DNA of 64,000 bases from an uncultured bacterium (GTDB lineage: Bacteria; Patescibacteriota; Minisyncoccia; Phycocordibacterales; GWA1-40-21): positions 208,991 through 272,990 of the forward strand of contig CAWDSG010000002.1 of the NCBI GenBank assembly GCA_963804975.1. The letters run 5' to 3'. The translations under genes and the position numbers were made by a program. Positions 19,651 through 28,491 of this stretch are shown here, one piece after another. A model generated the notes under the pieces. The model saw only the letters and a program-made list of their open reading frames with translations. It was not told the DNA's origin and did not search any database. The number at the start of each line of letters is the position of its first letter. Position 1 is the stretch's first letter.

Positions 19651-22600
19651 CTCCAGCACCTTCAACCTCTCAATAATCAAGCTTGTTTCTCCGTTTCGGT
19701 CGGAAATTTTGCAGACGGCGGCTATGCATTTATCCGTTTCAATCGCACTCCTGAATTGCTCATAGGTTCTCGGAAAAACCACTGCTTCAATCGAGCCGGT
19801 AAAATCGGCAATTTTTATGAAAGCCATCTGCTCGTTGTTTTTTGTCGTTATGACTCTCACATCTTCAATAATTCCGCCGATCGGCTTTCCGTTGTCGATC
19901 TCACTTCTTACATCTTTTGTTTCCTCTTTTATTTTTTTGATATTTATCGGCTGTTTTTCCAAAATCGTCCTGAATTTATCCAAAGGATGTCCGGAAATAT
20001 AAAGTCCGAGCAATTCTTTTTCCCAGGCGAGCCTGTCTTTCATGCTTGCAGCTTCTGCCGGTTCAAGGCGGAAATTTTCATAAACGCCGCCTGCCTGACT
20101 AGTAAGCAGGCCAGAAAAAACTCCGAAAAGCGAATCTTGATTTTGATTTTTATTGCCGACTTCTTTGTTGTATTTGAGCATATTTTCAATATTCGCCAGT
20201 AGCTGGCCTCTTTCTCCAAACCCTGCCTGGCCGGCAGGCAGGTCATCCATCGCGCCGGATTTTATGAGAGCTTCAAGCGAACGTTTATTCAGATTCTTGC
20301 TCACAATCCTTTCAAGGAAATCAGAAAGCGATTTGAATTTGCCCCTGTCCAATCTTTCTCTGATAATCGCTTTGGAAATATCTTCGCCGAAATTCTTGAT
20401 TGTCATAAGGCCGAAGCGGATTTTGTCCCTATTCGGTCCTGTGTCGTGCGGCGAGACCTCGGGAGTTTTTACCACGGTAAAATCGCTGTAGCTTTCGTTT
20501 ACTGACGGAGGCAGGACGGGAATGCCCATCTTTTTGCAGTCCGAAATAAATTCGCCGATTTTTTCCACATCGCCGGAATCGGCGGTGAGGACGGCAGACA
20601 TATAAATGGCAGGGAAATTCGCTTTCATATATGCTGTCTGATATGACACGCGCCCGTAGCTTGCCGCATGAGCTTTGTTGAAACCGTATCCCTGGAAAGG
20701 TTCAAACAAATTCCACAATTCCTCGGCTTTTTTTTGTGTCATCTTTCCGTGTTTTATGCATCCTTCCACGAATTTGATATGCTGCCTGATCATTTCTTCC
20801 GGAATTTTCTTGCCGACGGCTTTTCTGAATTTATCCACTTCGCCCCAAGTGTAGCTGGCAACCTCAATGGCCGTCATAAGCAAATCATCCTGATAAACCA
20901 AGACGCCGAATGTGGTATCCAAATAATCTTTCATTTCTGGATGTAGATATATTGCGGGTTTTTCGCCGTGCTTCCTAGCAATATACTCATAAATGTTGTT
21001 CATCGGGCCCGGACGGTAAAGCGCGACCATTACATTGATATCGTGTATATTTGTCGGCCTCAATTCTTTAAGCGCTTTGGTCATGCCTTGGCCGTTGAGC
21101 TGAAAGACCCCTACGGTTTCTCCGCGTGCAAGCATGGCAAAAGTTTTTTTGTCATCAAGCGGAATTTTTTCTATGTCTATATTTATGTTTTCAATTACTT
21201 TCACGCGATGTACGGCATCGGCAAGGACCGAAAGATTCCTGATCCCCAGAAAATCAAATTTCAAAAGTCCGACGCCGTCTTCTCCGACCGAATCCATATC
21301 GTATTGAGTGATGATTTTATTTCCTTCTTTCTGGTCGTATTGGAGAGGGACATAATTTATAAGCGGTTCCGGAGCTATCACAACTCCGGCGGCATGGACG
21401 CTGATGTGCCTTGCGCACCCTTCGATTTTTTTCGCCATATCCATAATTATTTTTGCATCTTTTTCCTTGTCATATATTTCTTTGAGCTCTGGAACAATTT
21501 CAAGCGCTTTATCTATTGTCATTGGTGAACCTTGAGCCCCAAAAGGTATGAATTTGGCGATTTTGTCGGCAAGCGGCAAAGGATAACCCATAGCGCGAGC
21601 CACATCCCGCACGGCTCCGCGTGCCATCATAGTGCCGAAAGTGCCGATCTGCGCCACATTGTCTTTGCCATATTTTTCCCGCACATAATCAATGACTTCA
21701 TCGCGCCTGTTGTCCGCAAGATCCATGTCGATATCCGGCGCCGAAGGCCTTTCGGGATTCAGAAATCTTTCAAAAGGAAGCTTGTATTCGATCGGGTTGA
21801 CTTTTGTGATGCCGGTAAGATAGGAAACCATGGAGCCGGCTACGGAACCTCTGGTATTTGAAAAAATATTATGCTCAGCCGCATATTTTAAAAGATCGGC
21901 CACAACCAAAAAATATTGAGAATATTTTTTATTCTTGATGACCTCAAGCTCATATTCAAGCCGCTCTATGACTTCTCTCGAATGATGCAGATCTCTTTTG
22001 TCTATTCCTTCGTAAGCGATCCTTTCAAGCTCTTCATCGTAGGAAAGCTCGCTTTCCACGACAAATTTCGGAAAAACCCACGCGGCTTTGCCGAGAACAA
22101 TTTCCAAATTGCACATATCGGCGATTTTTACCGAATTCCCGAGAGCATTCGGTTCATTTTTAAAATATTTTTCCGCCGTCTCTGCCGATATGAATGAAAA
22201 ATTGTCGGTATCCCCGTTTAAATCTCTGTCGGAAAAATCTGAATGCGAATTCACTTGCACAAGCGTATCTCGCGCCGCTTTATCCTCCGGTTTCAGATAA
22301 TAGACATCATGTGCAGCCACAAGCTCAGTATCGGTTTTTTCCGCCAATTTCTTGATTTTTTCTTTGAGCTCAAGCTGGCCTTCTATTTCGGGATGATGCG
22401 TTATTTCCAGAAAAAAATTGTCCTTGCCAAAAACTTTTTTGTACCAATCGACTATTTTTTCCGCTTTTTCACTATCGCCATTTTTTAAAGCAACGGAACT
22501 TTCTCCGGAAAAATGAGGCATAATGCAGACGAGTCCGTCTTTATATTTTTCCATGAGCTCCTTATCGATTCTTGGCTTGTAATAAAAACCTTCAAAAAAT

Positions 22601-22929
22601 GAGAGCGTCACAAGTTTGATGAGATTTTTATAGCCCGCATTATTTTTTGCGAGAAGGATGAGGCGAGTTCTGCGATTATCAATCCCGGTTTGTTTGTCGT
22701 TTCGCGTCCGTGCAGCGATATAAAAGTCCACGCCTATTATCGGCTTGATATCGTTTTTCTTGCAGGCCTGATAAAACTCAATCGTGCCGTACATATTGCC
22801 GGCATCGGTAAGGGCCAAAGCCGGCATTTTAAAATCTTTTGCCGCTTTTACAAGATCGGGAATTTTCGGCAAGGCATTCAAAAGAGAAAAATGGGAATGG
22901 GTGTGCAAATGTACAAATTTGACCGGCAT
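19648..22929 (-). CDS. dnaE: DNA polymerase III alpha subunit
   Basis: PHP domain N-terminus (HLHTHSHFSLLNALPKI), polymerase core and C-terminal OB fold; 1093 aa; carries the in-frame 23-nt element. Confidence 0.95.
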   Translation of the reverse strand: MPVKFVHLHTHSHFSLLNALPKIPDLVKAAKDFKMPALALTDAGNMYGTIEFYQACKKNDIKPIIGVDFYIAARTRNDKQTGIDNRRTRLILLAKNNAGYKNLIKLVTLSFFEGFYYKPRIDKELMEKYKDGLVCIMPHFSGESSVALKNGDSEKAEKIVDWYKKVFGKDNFFLEITHHPEIEGQLELKEKIKKLAEKTDTELVAAHDVYYLKPEDKAARDTLVQVNSHSDFSDRDLNGDTDNFSFISAETAEKYFKNEPNALGNSVKIADMCNLEIVLGKAAWVFPKFVVESELSYDEELERIAYEGIDKRDLHHSREVIERLEYELEVIKNKKYSQYFLVVADLLKYAAEHNIFSNTRGSVAGSMVSYLTGITKVNPIEYKLPFERFLNPERPSAPDIDMDLADNRRDEVIDYVREKYGKDNVAQIGTFGTMMARGAVRDVARAMGYPLPLADKIAKFIPFGAQGSPMTIDKALEIVPELKEIYDKEKDAKIIMDMAKKIEGCARHISVHAAGVVIAPEPLINYVPLQYDQKEGNKIITQYDMDSVGEDGVGLLKFDFLGIRNLSVLADAVHRVKVIENINIDIEKIPLDDKKTFAMLARGETVGVFQLNGQGMTKALKELRPTNIHDINVMVALYRPGPMNNIYEYIARKHGEKPAIYLHPEMKDYLDTTFGVLVYQDDLLMTAIEVASYTWGEVDKFRKAVGKKIPEEMIRQHIKFVEGCIKHGKMTQKKAEELWNLFEPFQGYGFNKAHAASYGRVSYQTAYMKANFPAIYMSAVLTADSGDVEKIGEFISDCKKMGIPVLPPSVNESYSDFTVVKTPEVSPHDTGPNRDKIRFGLMTIKNFGEDISKAIIRERLDRGKFKSLSDFLERIVSKNLNKRSLEALIKSGAMDDLPAGQAGFGERGQLLANIENMLKYNKEVGNKNQNQDSLFGVFSGLLTSQAGGVYENFRLEPAEAASMKDRLAWEKELLGLYISGHPLDKFRTILEKQPINIKKIKEETKDVRSEIDNGKPIGGIIEDVRVITTKNNEQMAFIKIADFTGSIEAVVFPRTYEQFRSAIETDKCIAAVCKISDRNGETSLIIERLKVLE
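20222..20244 (-). repeat. in-frame palindromic 23-nt element (DLPAGQAG) in dnaE
   Basis: The plus strand reads cctgcctggccggcaggcaggtc. Confidence 0.9.
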
Positions 22930-23106
22930 ATTAGTTTAAGTATAACAAAATAAAAAAGAAAAAGTGAATTTTTACAGCTTAAAATAACAACGAAATTATG
23001 AACCTTTTTAATTGACATCAAAATACTAACTGTTTTATAATTATAATAAAAGTCGGCGTTCTTTGAAAAGATACGCTGTTCAATCTGCTGCTTAGAGGAG
23101 CTGAAG

Positions 23107-23568
23107 ATGTTTAATTTTGGATTTGTAATCCAACTCATAGAAAGATTTAATTTTGGCCACAAGGATTTGGAATGGGCACTGAATAGTGTTCTAAATCGCC
23201 ATGCCACCAGAAATGCTTATAGATGCGATGATATGCTTTTATTCGATCATCCCGAGCTTTTAATTATCAATTATGTTAAGAATGGAGGGTTGTTAAATCC
23301 TATTCAAGACAATAAGAAGATAATTTTGGGAGATAACAAGGCAAGTATTGATCTTTTAATTCAAGAAATTATAGCTCTTACTTGTCCTATGAATCGCCAT
23401 GTAACAAAAATTAAATATGATATGTTGAATGAACAAGGCGAAAAATTTTTAGAAGACAACCTGGATTTGTTGATTTGGAATTATTTGGAAACATCCGGGG
23501 CTTCATGGTACAGAGCCGGTGTGGAGGAAGAAGAAAAGAAAAAAGTTTTACGCTTAGAAACGGCGTAG
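23107..23568 (+). CDS. hypothetical protein
   Basis: 153 aa, very AT-rich; no recognisable motif. Confidence 0.3.
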   Translation: MFNFGFVIQLIERFNFGHKDLEWALNSVLNRHATRNAYRCDDMLLFDHPELLIINYVKNGGLLNPIQDNKKIILGDNKASIDLLIQEIIALTCPMNRHVTKIKYDMLNEQGEKFLEDNLDLLIWNYLETSGASWYRAGVEEEEKKKVLRLETA

Positions 23569-23648
23569 GGGAGAAAATAAAGGCGTAAGTGATAACGCGA
23601 TAGTGTTATCGCTTACGCCTATTTTTTTATGATATCATAATCATTAAA

Positions 23649-24281
23649 GTGATTAAAAATAATCCAAAAATTAAATATATCATCGGAATAGATGAGGTTG
23701 GCAGGGGGCCGCTTGCCGGACCGATCGCTTTTTGCGCTTTTAAGATGCCGGTTGATTTCAGCTTCAGGGGATTCGGCAGAATAAAAGATTCTAAAAGATT
23801 AATGCCGGAGAAAAGAAAAGAAATTTTTTGCAAGCTGAAAAAACTGAAAATGAAAAAATTGGTTGATTATGCCGTATGTTTTGAAAGTGCAAAAACCATT
23901 GACCATATAAATATTGCCAAGGCAGGCAGCATTTGCATCAAAAGATCGCTTAAAAAAATAAAAGCGAAACCGTCCGAGTGCATGGTCTTGCTTGACGGCG
24001 GAATAAAAGCGCCGAAAAAATTCAAGAATCAGAAAACGATTATCAGAGGCGATGAGAAAGAGAGGGCGATAGCATTCGCTTCAATCATAGCTAAAGTTTC
24101 AAGGGATGCGCTGATGTGCAGATTGGCAAAAAAATATCCGCAATACCATTTTGAAATCCATAAAGGATACGGCACGAAAATGCACAGGGAATTGATAAAA
24201 AAACACGGCCTTTGCGCCATTCACAGAAGGTCTTTTTGCAAGAATTTTATAATCTTGACAAAAAAGATTAAATGTGTATAA
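23649..24281 (+). CDS. rnhB: ribonuclease HII
   Basis: 'IIGIDEVGRGPLAGPIAF' RNase HII active-site N-terminus. Confidence 0.85.
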   Translation: MIKNNPKIKYIIGIDEVGRGPLAGPIAFCAFKMPVDFSFRGFGRIKDSKRLMPEKRKEIFCKLKKLKMKKLVDYAVCFESAKTIDHINIAKAGSICIKRSLKKIKAKPSECMVLLDGGIKAPKKFKNQKTIIRGDEKERAIAFASIIAKVSRDALMCRLAKKYPQYHFEIHKGYGTKMHRELIKKHGLCAIHRRSFCKNFIILTKKIKCV

Positions 24282-24360
24282 TTAAGAGTAGATGTGTGAA
24301 TCTTCAATAATGATTCATCTAGTTGTTTGATTTTGAAAATCTAATACTGCGAGGACTGGC

Positions 24361-24978
24361 ATGAACCCACTAAAAAATAGCGACGAAAAAAGTCACAATG
24401 TTTTTTTGTTTTTGCCTAAATGGTTTCCTGTTGTCGGCTGGTGTATATTAGCTGTTAAAGAAAAGAGCGAATTTGCACATAAAGCTCCGGGAGGAACAGG
24501 TTTTGATGAACCGCCGTTTGCTACGGCGAGAAGGAAAGGCATCGAAGAAGCAGGTATCTTAATAAAAAAAGCCACAGTATTTTTTAAAGAGGAAATAGAA
24601 GAACACATAAAATATTCTTATTTTATTGAGAGATATAAAATAAGGTCTTCCTTTGTGTATGGTACCGAAATATCGAATGGAAAAGGCATTACGGCTTTCT
24701 GGATGCCGATACGAGAATTTATCGGCAGTGGTTTTCTATGGACACAGAGAGATCCGGTCGATGAATTGATCATTGAGATTTTACCGACAGTAAAAGGTTT
24801 TACCGAAGATTGCGCGGATTTGATTGAAATGATCAAATTAAAACGTATCAGCAGAGAAATCCAACAAGAACCGGAATTGAAAGATAGTTTCAATGCTTTG
24901 TCTTTTCTAACATTTTCTTATCTGAAATGTTTTATCAAAAAGATTTTCAAAAAGTTATATATGGAAATAAGATATTGA
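24361..24978 (+). CDS. hypothetical protein with degenerate NUDIX-like box
   Basis: 'PGGTGFDEPPFATARRKGIEEAGI' fits Gx5Ex7R(K)UxEExGU with the RE-to-RK substitution; TTGACA-17-TATAAT promoter inside the rnhB 3' end. Confidence 0.3.
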   Translation: MNPLKNSDEKSHNVFLFLPKWFPVVGWCILAVKEKSEFAHKAPGGTGFDEPPFATARRKGIEEAGILIKKATVFFKEEIEEHIKYSYFIERYKIRSSFVYGTEISNGKGITAFWMPIREFIGSGFLWTQRDPVDELIIEILPTVKGFTEDCADLIEMIKLKRISREIQQEPELKDSFNALSFLTFSYLKCFIKKIFKKLYMEIRY

Positions 24979-25152
24979 ATTCCGGGGGCTGCACGCGCGG
25001 CTTCCGGATTTTTATTTGTTGAAGGTATACAAACTCTTGACAAATCAAAATAATCATGTAAAATATAAGACAGAAGCATAGTTTTGCATGTAAGAATTTC
25101 TTCCTTGGCACGTCTTTATCAATAGGCGTACTTTGGAAAAGGAGGGTTTGTC

Positions 25153-25653
25153 ATGGATGAAAAAACCAAAAAAACCATTGTATTTGGTATATTACCAAAG
25201 CAATACGCGGACAAGTTGCAAGTGCCAACATGGATTGTTGGAGACGATCTTATGTTTCCACAAGCTTTGCTGAGTTACTATTTGTCCGAGGAACACGATT
25301 CGACCATGCCGAGCGAACTGAGAATCGTCTTTGAAAAACTTGGCTTTGAGATCTCTAAGATTAAAAACGATGTAGTGGTGGTTTATCGCGAAGAAACGGA
25401 AACCTTTGTGTTCATTGGTTACCTTATCAAAGCGGCTCAAGATAAAGAGATTATCGTCAATGGAGAAATGAAAACTGAAGACGGTCTAATCATCAATTAT
25501 TCGTTGCAACCGGTAGACGACCAACTAATGGATAAGTTACCGGAAAATCGTCGGAAGGCGCTTATCAATGCTTTGGAAGAAAGGCGAAAAGAAAACAACG
25601 CTTTTCAGATGCCGGTTTTCAAAAAAATGCGAATTGTAATGGACAAAAAATAA
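25153..25653 (+). CDS. hypothetical protein (possible YceD/DUF177 equivalent by position upstream of rpmF)
   Basis: 166 aa, own TTGACA/TAAAAT promoter and GGAGGG RBS; the assignment is synteny-based only, with no sequence support. Confidence 0.25.
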   Translation: MDEKTKKTIVFGILPKQYADKLQVPTWIVGDDLMFPQALLSYYLSEEHDSTMPSELRIVFEKLGFEISKIKNDVVVVYREETETFVFIGYLIKAAQDKEIIVNGEMKTEDGLIINYSLQPVDDQLMDKLPENRRKALINALEERRKENNAFQMPVFKKMRIVMDKK

Positions 25654-25665
25654 AATTTGCATTTT

Positions 25666-25700
25666 GGGGCCTTGTGTGAAAACACAAGGCCTTTTCTTTT
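25666..25700 (+). terminator. intrinsic terminator upstream of rpmF
   Basis: ggggccttgtgt-gaaaa-cacaaggcc + TTTTCTTTTTT. Confidence 0.8.
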
Positions 25701-25729
25701 TTAAAAAAATAAGCTATACTCTCGGGACT

Positions 25730-25951
25730 ATGGTAAATCGAATGAGGCACAATAGGTCGCAGAGGGGAAGCACGAGATCGCATCATGCGCTTTCGGGAGT
25801 TTCCATTACAAAATGTCCGGATTGCGGGATGCCGGTATCAAGGCACAGAGCTTGCTCAAACTGCGGAAAATACAGAGGAAAAGTAGTTGTAGATTTAGAA
25901 GCAAAAGCAGCAAAGGCAAAAAAGAAAACGGAAAAAAGCAAGAAAAAATAA
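25730..25951 (+). CDS. rpmF: 50S ribosomal protein L32
   Basis: 'RSHHALS...CPDCG...HRACSNCGKYRGK' is the L32 zinc-ribbon; the track ORF (25664) is trimmed to the first ATG after the upstream terminator. Confidence 0.8.
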   Translation: MVNRMRHNRSQRGSTRSHHALSGVSITKCPDCGMPVSRHRACSNCGKYRGKVVVDLEAKAAKAKKKTEKSKKK

Positions 25952-25956
25952 GATTA

Positions 25957-26046
25957 AAAAGGGCGGCATAATAAAAATTTTCTTCTCGGAAAACTCGCTT
26001 CGCTCAGACAGTTCCTCGCAGAAAATTTTTATTATGCCGCCCTTTT
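25957..26046. repeat. hairpin-embedded intergenic element, copy E (downstream of rpmF), a divergent family member
   Basis: Perfect 25-bp arms aaaagggcggcataataaaaatttt/...; GC-rich core cttctcggaaaactcgcttcgctcagacagttcctcgcag. Confidence 0.5.
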
Positions 26047-26113
26047 CTTTTTACGCTTTCTGTTATAGGATACAATCAGCAGTTAAACAAGCCAAAAGTT
26101 ATAATTAAACATT

Positions 26114-27016
26114 ATGTCTAGCAGGCACCTTGCAAGGGGAATAGTTCTACAGACCGCTTTTGAGTGGGATTTTCGAAATCTTAATAGGGACGAAGCTTTG
26201 GAATCCTTAGCCAGAAATATCAAGGAATTCGGCGACGGCGATTCGGAAGAATCTTTTTCGGAAAATCTTCTGAAGGGCGTCATTGATAAGAAAACGGATC
26301 TTGACACTATCATCGTGAAAGCGGCTCCGGACTGGCCGATTGAAAAAATTTCTATTGCGGATAGGAATATTTTGCGCATCGGCCTGTATGAATTACTGTT
26401 TAGTGACAGGAAAGAAGTGCCGGCAAAAGTCGCGATAAACGAAGCCATAGAGCTTGCAAAAGTTTATGGCGGAGAAAAAAGCGGCGGTTTTATTAACGGA
26501 GTTCTCGGTACGATATATAAAGAGCTTGGCGAGCCGGGCAAAGAGGAAACATCGAAAAAGAACAATAGGAATGTTCCATTTGAAAAAATGCCCATCAAAC
26601 GCCTTGCCGGAGCGGTAGTGTACTGTATCAAAGACGATACGATATATTTCGCTTTTGTCCATGATGTTTTTGGACGTTGGACTCTTTCCAAAGATAAAAT
26701 AAAAGAAAATGAAGAATTAAAGGACGGAGCAATAAGAGGGGTAAAAGAAGAAATGGGGATAGACGTTGTAGTTGAAAATGAACTTTCACAAAACGAATAT
26801 GTCGCGAACCATCCGGAAGAGGGCAAGATCAGAAAACAAGTCACTTATTTTCTCGCAAGCGCCGAAATGAAAGATCTGAAACTTGGTGATTCCGGCGGGC
26901 TTGATGACGCGAAATGGTTCAAATTGCAGGATATTCAGAGTCTCAATTTTTATAACGATATTTTGCCTATTATCACAAAGGCAATCACCATAATTTCAGG
27001 CAGGAAGCCAAAATAA
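26114..27016 (+). CDS. nusB: transcription antitermination factor NusB fused to a C-terminal NUDIX hydrolase domain
   Basis: N-terminal NusB helices (ARGIVLQTAFEWDF..., 'ILRIGLYELLF'); the C-terminal half carries the Nudix box 'GAIRGVKEEMGI'. Confidence 0.7.
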   Translation: MSSRHLARGIVLQTAFEWDFRNLNRDEALESLARNIKEFGDGDSEESFSENLLKGVIDKKTDLDTIIVKAAPDWPIEKISIADRNILRIGLYELLFSDRKEVPAKVAINEAIELAKVYGGEKSGGFINGVLGTIYKELGEPGKEETSKKNNRNVPFEKMPIKRLAGAVVYCIKDDTIYFAFVHDVFGRWTLSKDKIKENEELKDGAIRGVKEEMGIDVVVENELSQNEYVANHPEEGKIRKQVTYFLASAEMKDLKLGDSGGLDDAKWFKLQDIQSLNFYNDILPIITKAITIISGRKPK

Positions 27017-27040
27017 AATTTAAAATTATAAAAACAAAGG

Positions 27041-27745
27041 ATGACACAGCCGGATTTCTCAAAATTTGAAAAGACCATAGGAATAAACTTCAAAAACAAA
27101 GATCTTTTGAAGCAGGCATTTACCCATAGATCTTATCTGAATGAGCACAGGGATATTGAGCTTGAACACAACGAAAGATTGGAATTTTTGGGCGATGCCG
27201 TGCTTGAGCTTATCATCACCGAATATCTTTATAATAAATATCCTGACAGCAATGAGGGTGATCTGACTTCATACAGGTCTGCTCTGGTTAATGCAATCAC
27301 CTTATCAGATGCGGCAAGCAAAATAGGCATGAATGATTATCTTTTGCTTTCAAAAGGCGAGGCAAAAGATATGGGCAAAGCCAGGCAGATTATTTTGGCC
27401 AACACCATTGAGGCTCTGATAGGCGCAATATTTCTTGATCAGGGATATGATACGGCGAAATATTTCATTTCAAACAATATTTTTAATCTCATAGAAAAAA
27501 TCATCGCGGAAAAAACATGGCTTGATGCAAAAAGCAAATTTCAAGAGCAGGCGCAGGAACACGAAAGCATCACTCCACTTTATAAAACGCTTAAAGAGGA
27601 AGGGCCGGACCATGACAAAAAGTTTACGGTTGGCGTATATTTGGAAAAGCATAAAGTGGCGGAAGGTGAAGGAAAATCAAAACAAGAGGCCGAGCAAGTT
27701 GCCGCAAGCAATGCGTTAAAAGTCAAAGGATGGCTTGAAGATTAA
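27041..27745 (+). CDS. rnc: ribonuclease III
   Basis: 'ERLEFLGDAVLELIITEYLY' RNase III signature plus C-terminal dsRBD. Confidence 0.9.
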   Translation: MTQPDFSKFEKTIGINFKNKDLLKQAFTHRSYLNEHRDIELEHNERLEFLGDAVLELIITEYLYNKYPDSNEGDLTSYRSALVNAITLSDAASKIGMNDYLLLSKGEAKDMGKARQIILANTIEALIGAIFLDQGYDTAKYFISNNIFNLIEKIIAEKTWLDAKSKFQEQAQEHESITPLYKTLKEEGPDHDKKFTVGVYLEKHKVAEGEGKSKQEAEQVAASNALKVKGWLED

Positions 27746-27756
27746 TTTAAATTATT

Positions 27757-28077
27757 ATGAACCCAGAAAATCCTGATTATGAAAAGATACCGTCATGGTT
27801 AAATACCGAACAAATTGAAATTTTAGAAAAAATAACTAAAATTTTGGATGATTATGCTCAAGATGTGCATGAAAATAAAATACCTCAAGATATTATGATT
27901 GAAAAGTCAAAAAAAGTTGTTGAATTTGGCAACAAATTAAAAAAAGAAGGTTTTTTCCCGAAAAGGTATCTTTTATGGCACAAAGTTAAGCATAGCACAC
28001 CGCACAAAAGTATTAGTGAATTTGACATATCTGATAATAGAATAGAATATTTTATAAGAGATACATTTTCAAAATAA
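27757..28077 (+). CDS. hypothetical protein
   Basis: 106 aa, AT-rich insertion between rnc and the smc-like gene. Confidence 0.3.
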   Translation: MNPENPDYEKIPSWLNTEQIEILEKITKILDDYAQDVHENKIPQDIMIEKSKKVVEFGNKLKKEGFFPKRYLLWHKVKHSTPHKSISEFDISDNRIEYFIRDTFSK

Positions 28078-28110
28078 AATGTGTATAATATATAAATAAA
28101 AACAAATTGT

Positions 28111-28380
28111 ATGGCAAAAATGATGGAAATGGAAAAAGAGAATAGTTTGTCTTTTGAACAGCAAGAAAAGCTCGATAGATTTTTGGAAGAAATAAGACCA
28201 ACTGTTGAAGCTTTCATTTTTGATAGATTAAATGAATCGGATTATTCATACGAAATGGGTCAAATGATAGGGAAATTTAGAGAACAAAATAAGGATATAC
28301 TCATTACACAAATAACCGAACGTAAAAAAGAAATTGAAAATGAAATTGAACAATTGAAGCTGGAGCAATTAAAACTTTAG
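28111..28380 (+). CDS. hypothetical coiled-coil protein
   Basis: 89 aa, heptad-rich, followed by a strong terminator (28423-28458). Confidence 0.3.
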   Translation: MAKMMEMEKENSLSFEQQEKLDRFLEEIRPTVEAFIFDRLNESDYSYEMGQMIGKFREQNKDILITQITERKKEIENEIEQLKLEQLKL

Positions 28381-28422
28381 GATGAAGATGAAAAAATGGC
28401 GTAATCTTTAAAATCAACCGTA

Positions 28423-28462
28423 AAAATGCCGTTTTCCGCTGGCGGAAAACGGCATTTTTTGT
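28423..28462 (+). terminator. intrinsic terminator before the smc-like gene
   Basis: 17-bp stem aaaatgccgttttccgc/gcggaaaacggcatttt. Confidence 0.8.
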
Positions 28463-28491
28463 TAGAATTGTACCTATAAGCGCATAACAGA

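Noticed and set aside
19756-22488. Numerous 60-190-aa ORFs on the plus strand inside dnaE, and similar antisense ORFs inside thrS, rnr, pheT, uvrA and smc
   Set aside because: They are shadow ORFs in AT-rich antisense frames with no RBS, no promoters and no conserved motifs, and are fully contained in well-supported genes.
25664-25729. 5' extension of the rpmF track ORF (MGPCVKTQGLFFFKK...)
   Set aside because: The extension translates the upstream intrinsic terminator hairpin (ggggccttgtgt...cacaaggcc + T-run). The conserved L32 N-terminus begins at the ATG at 25730.
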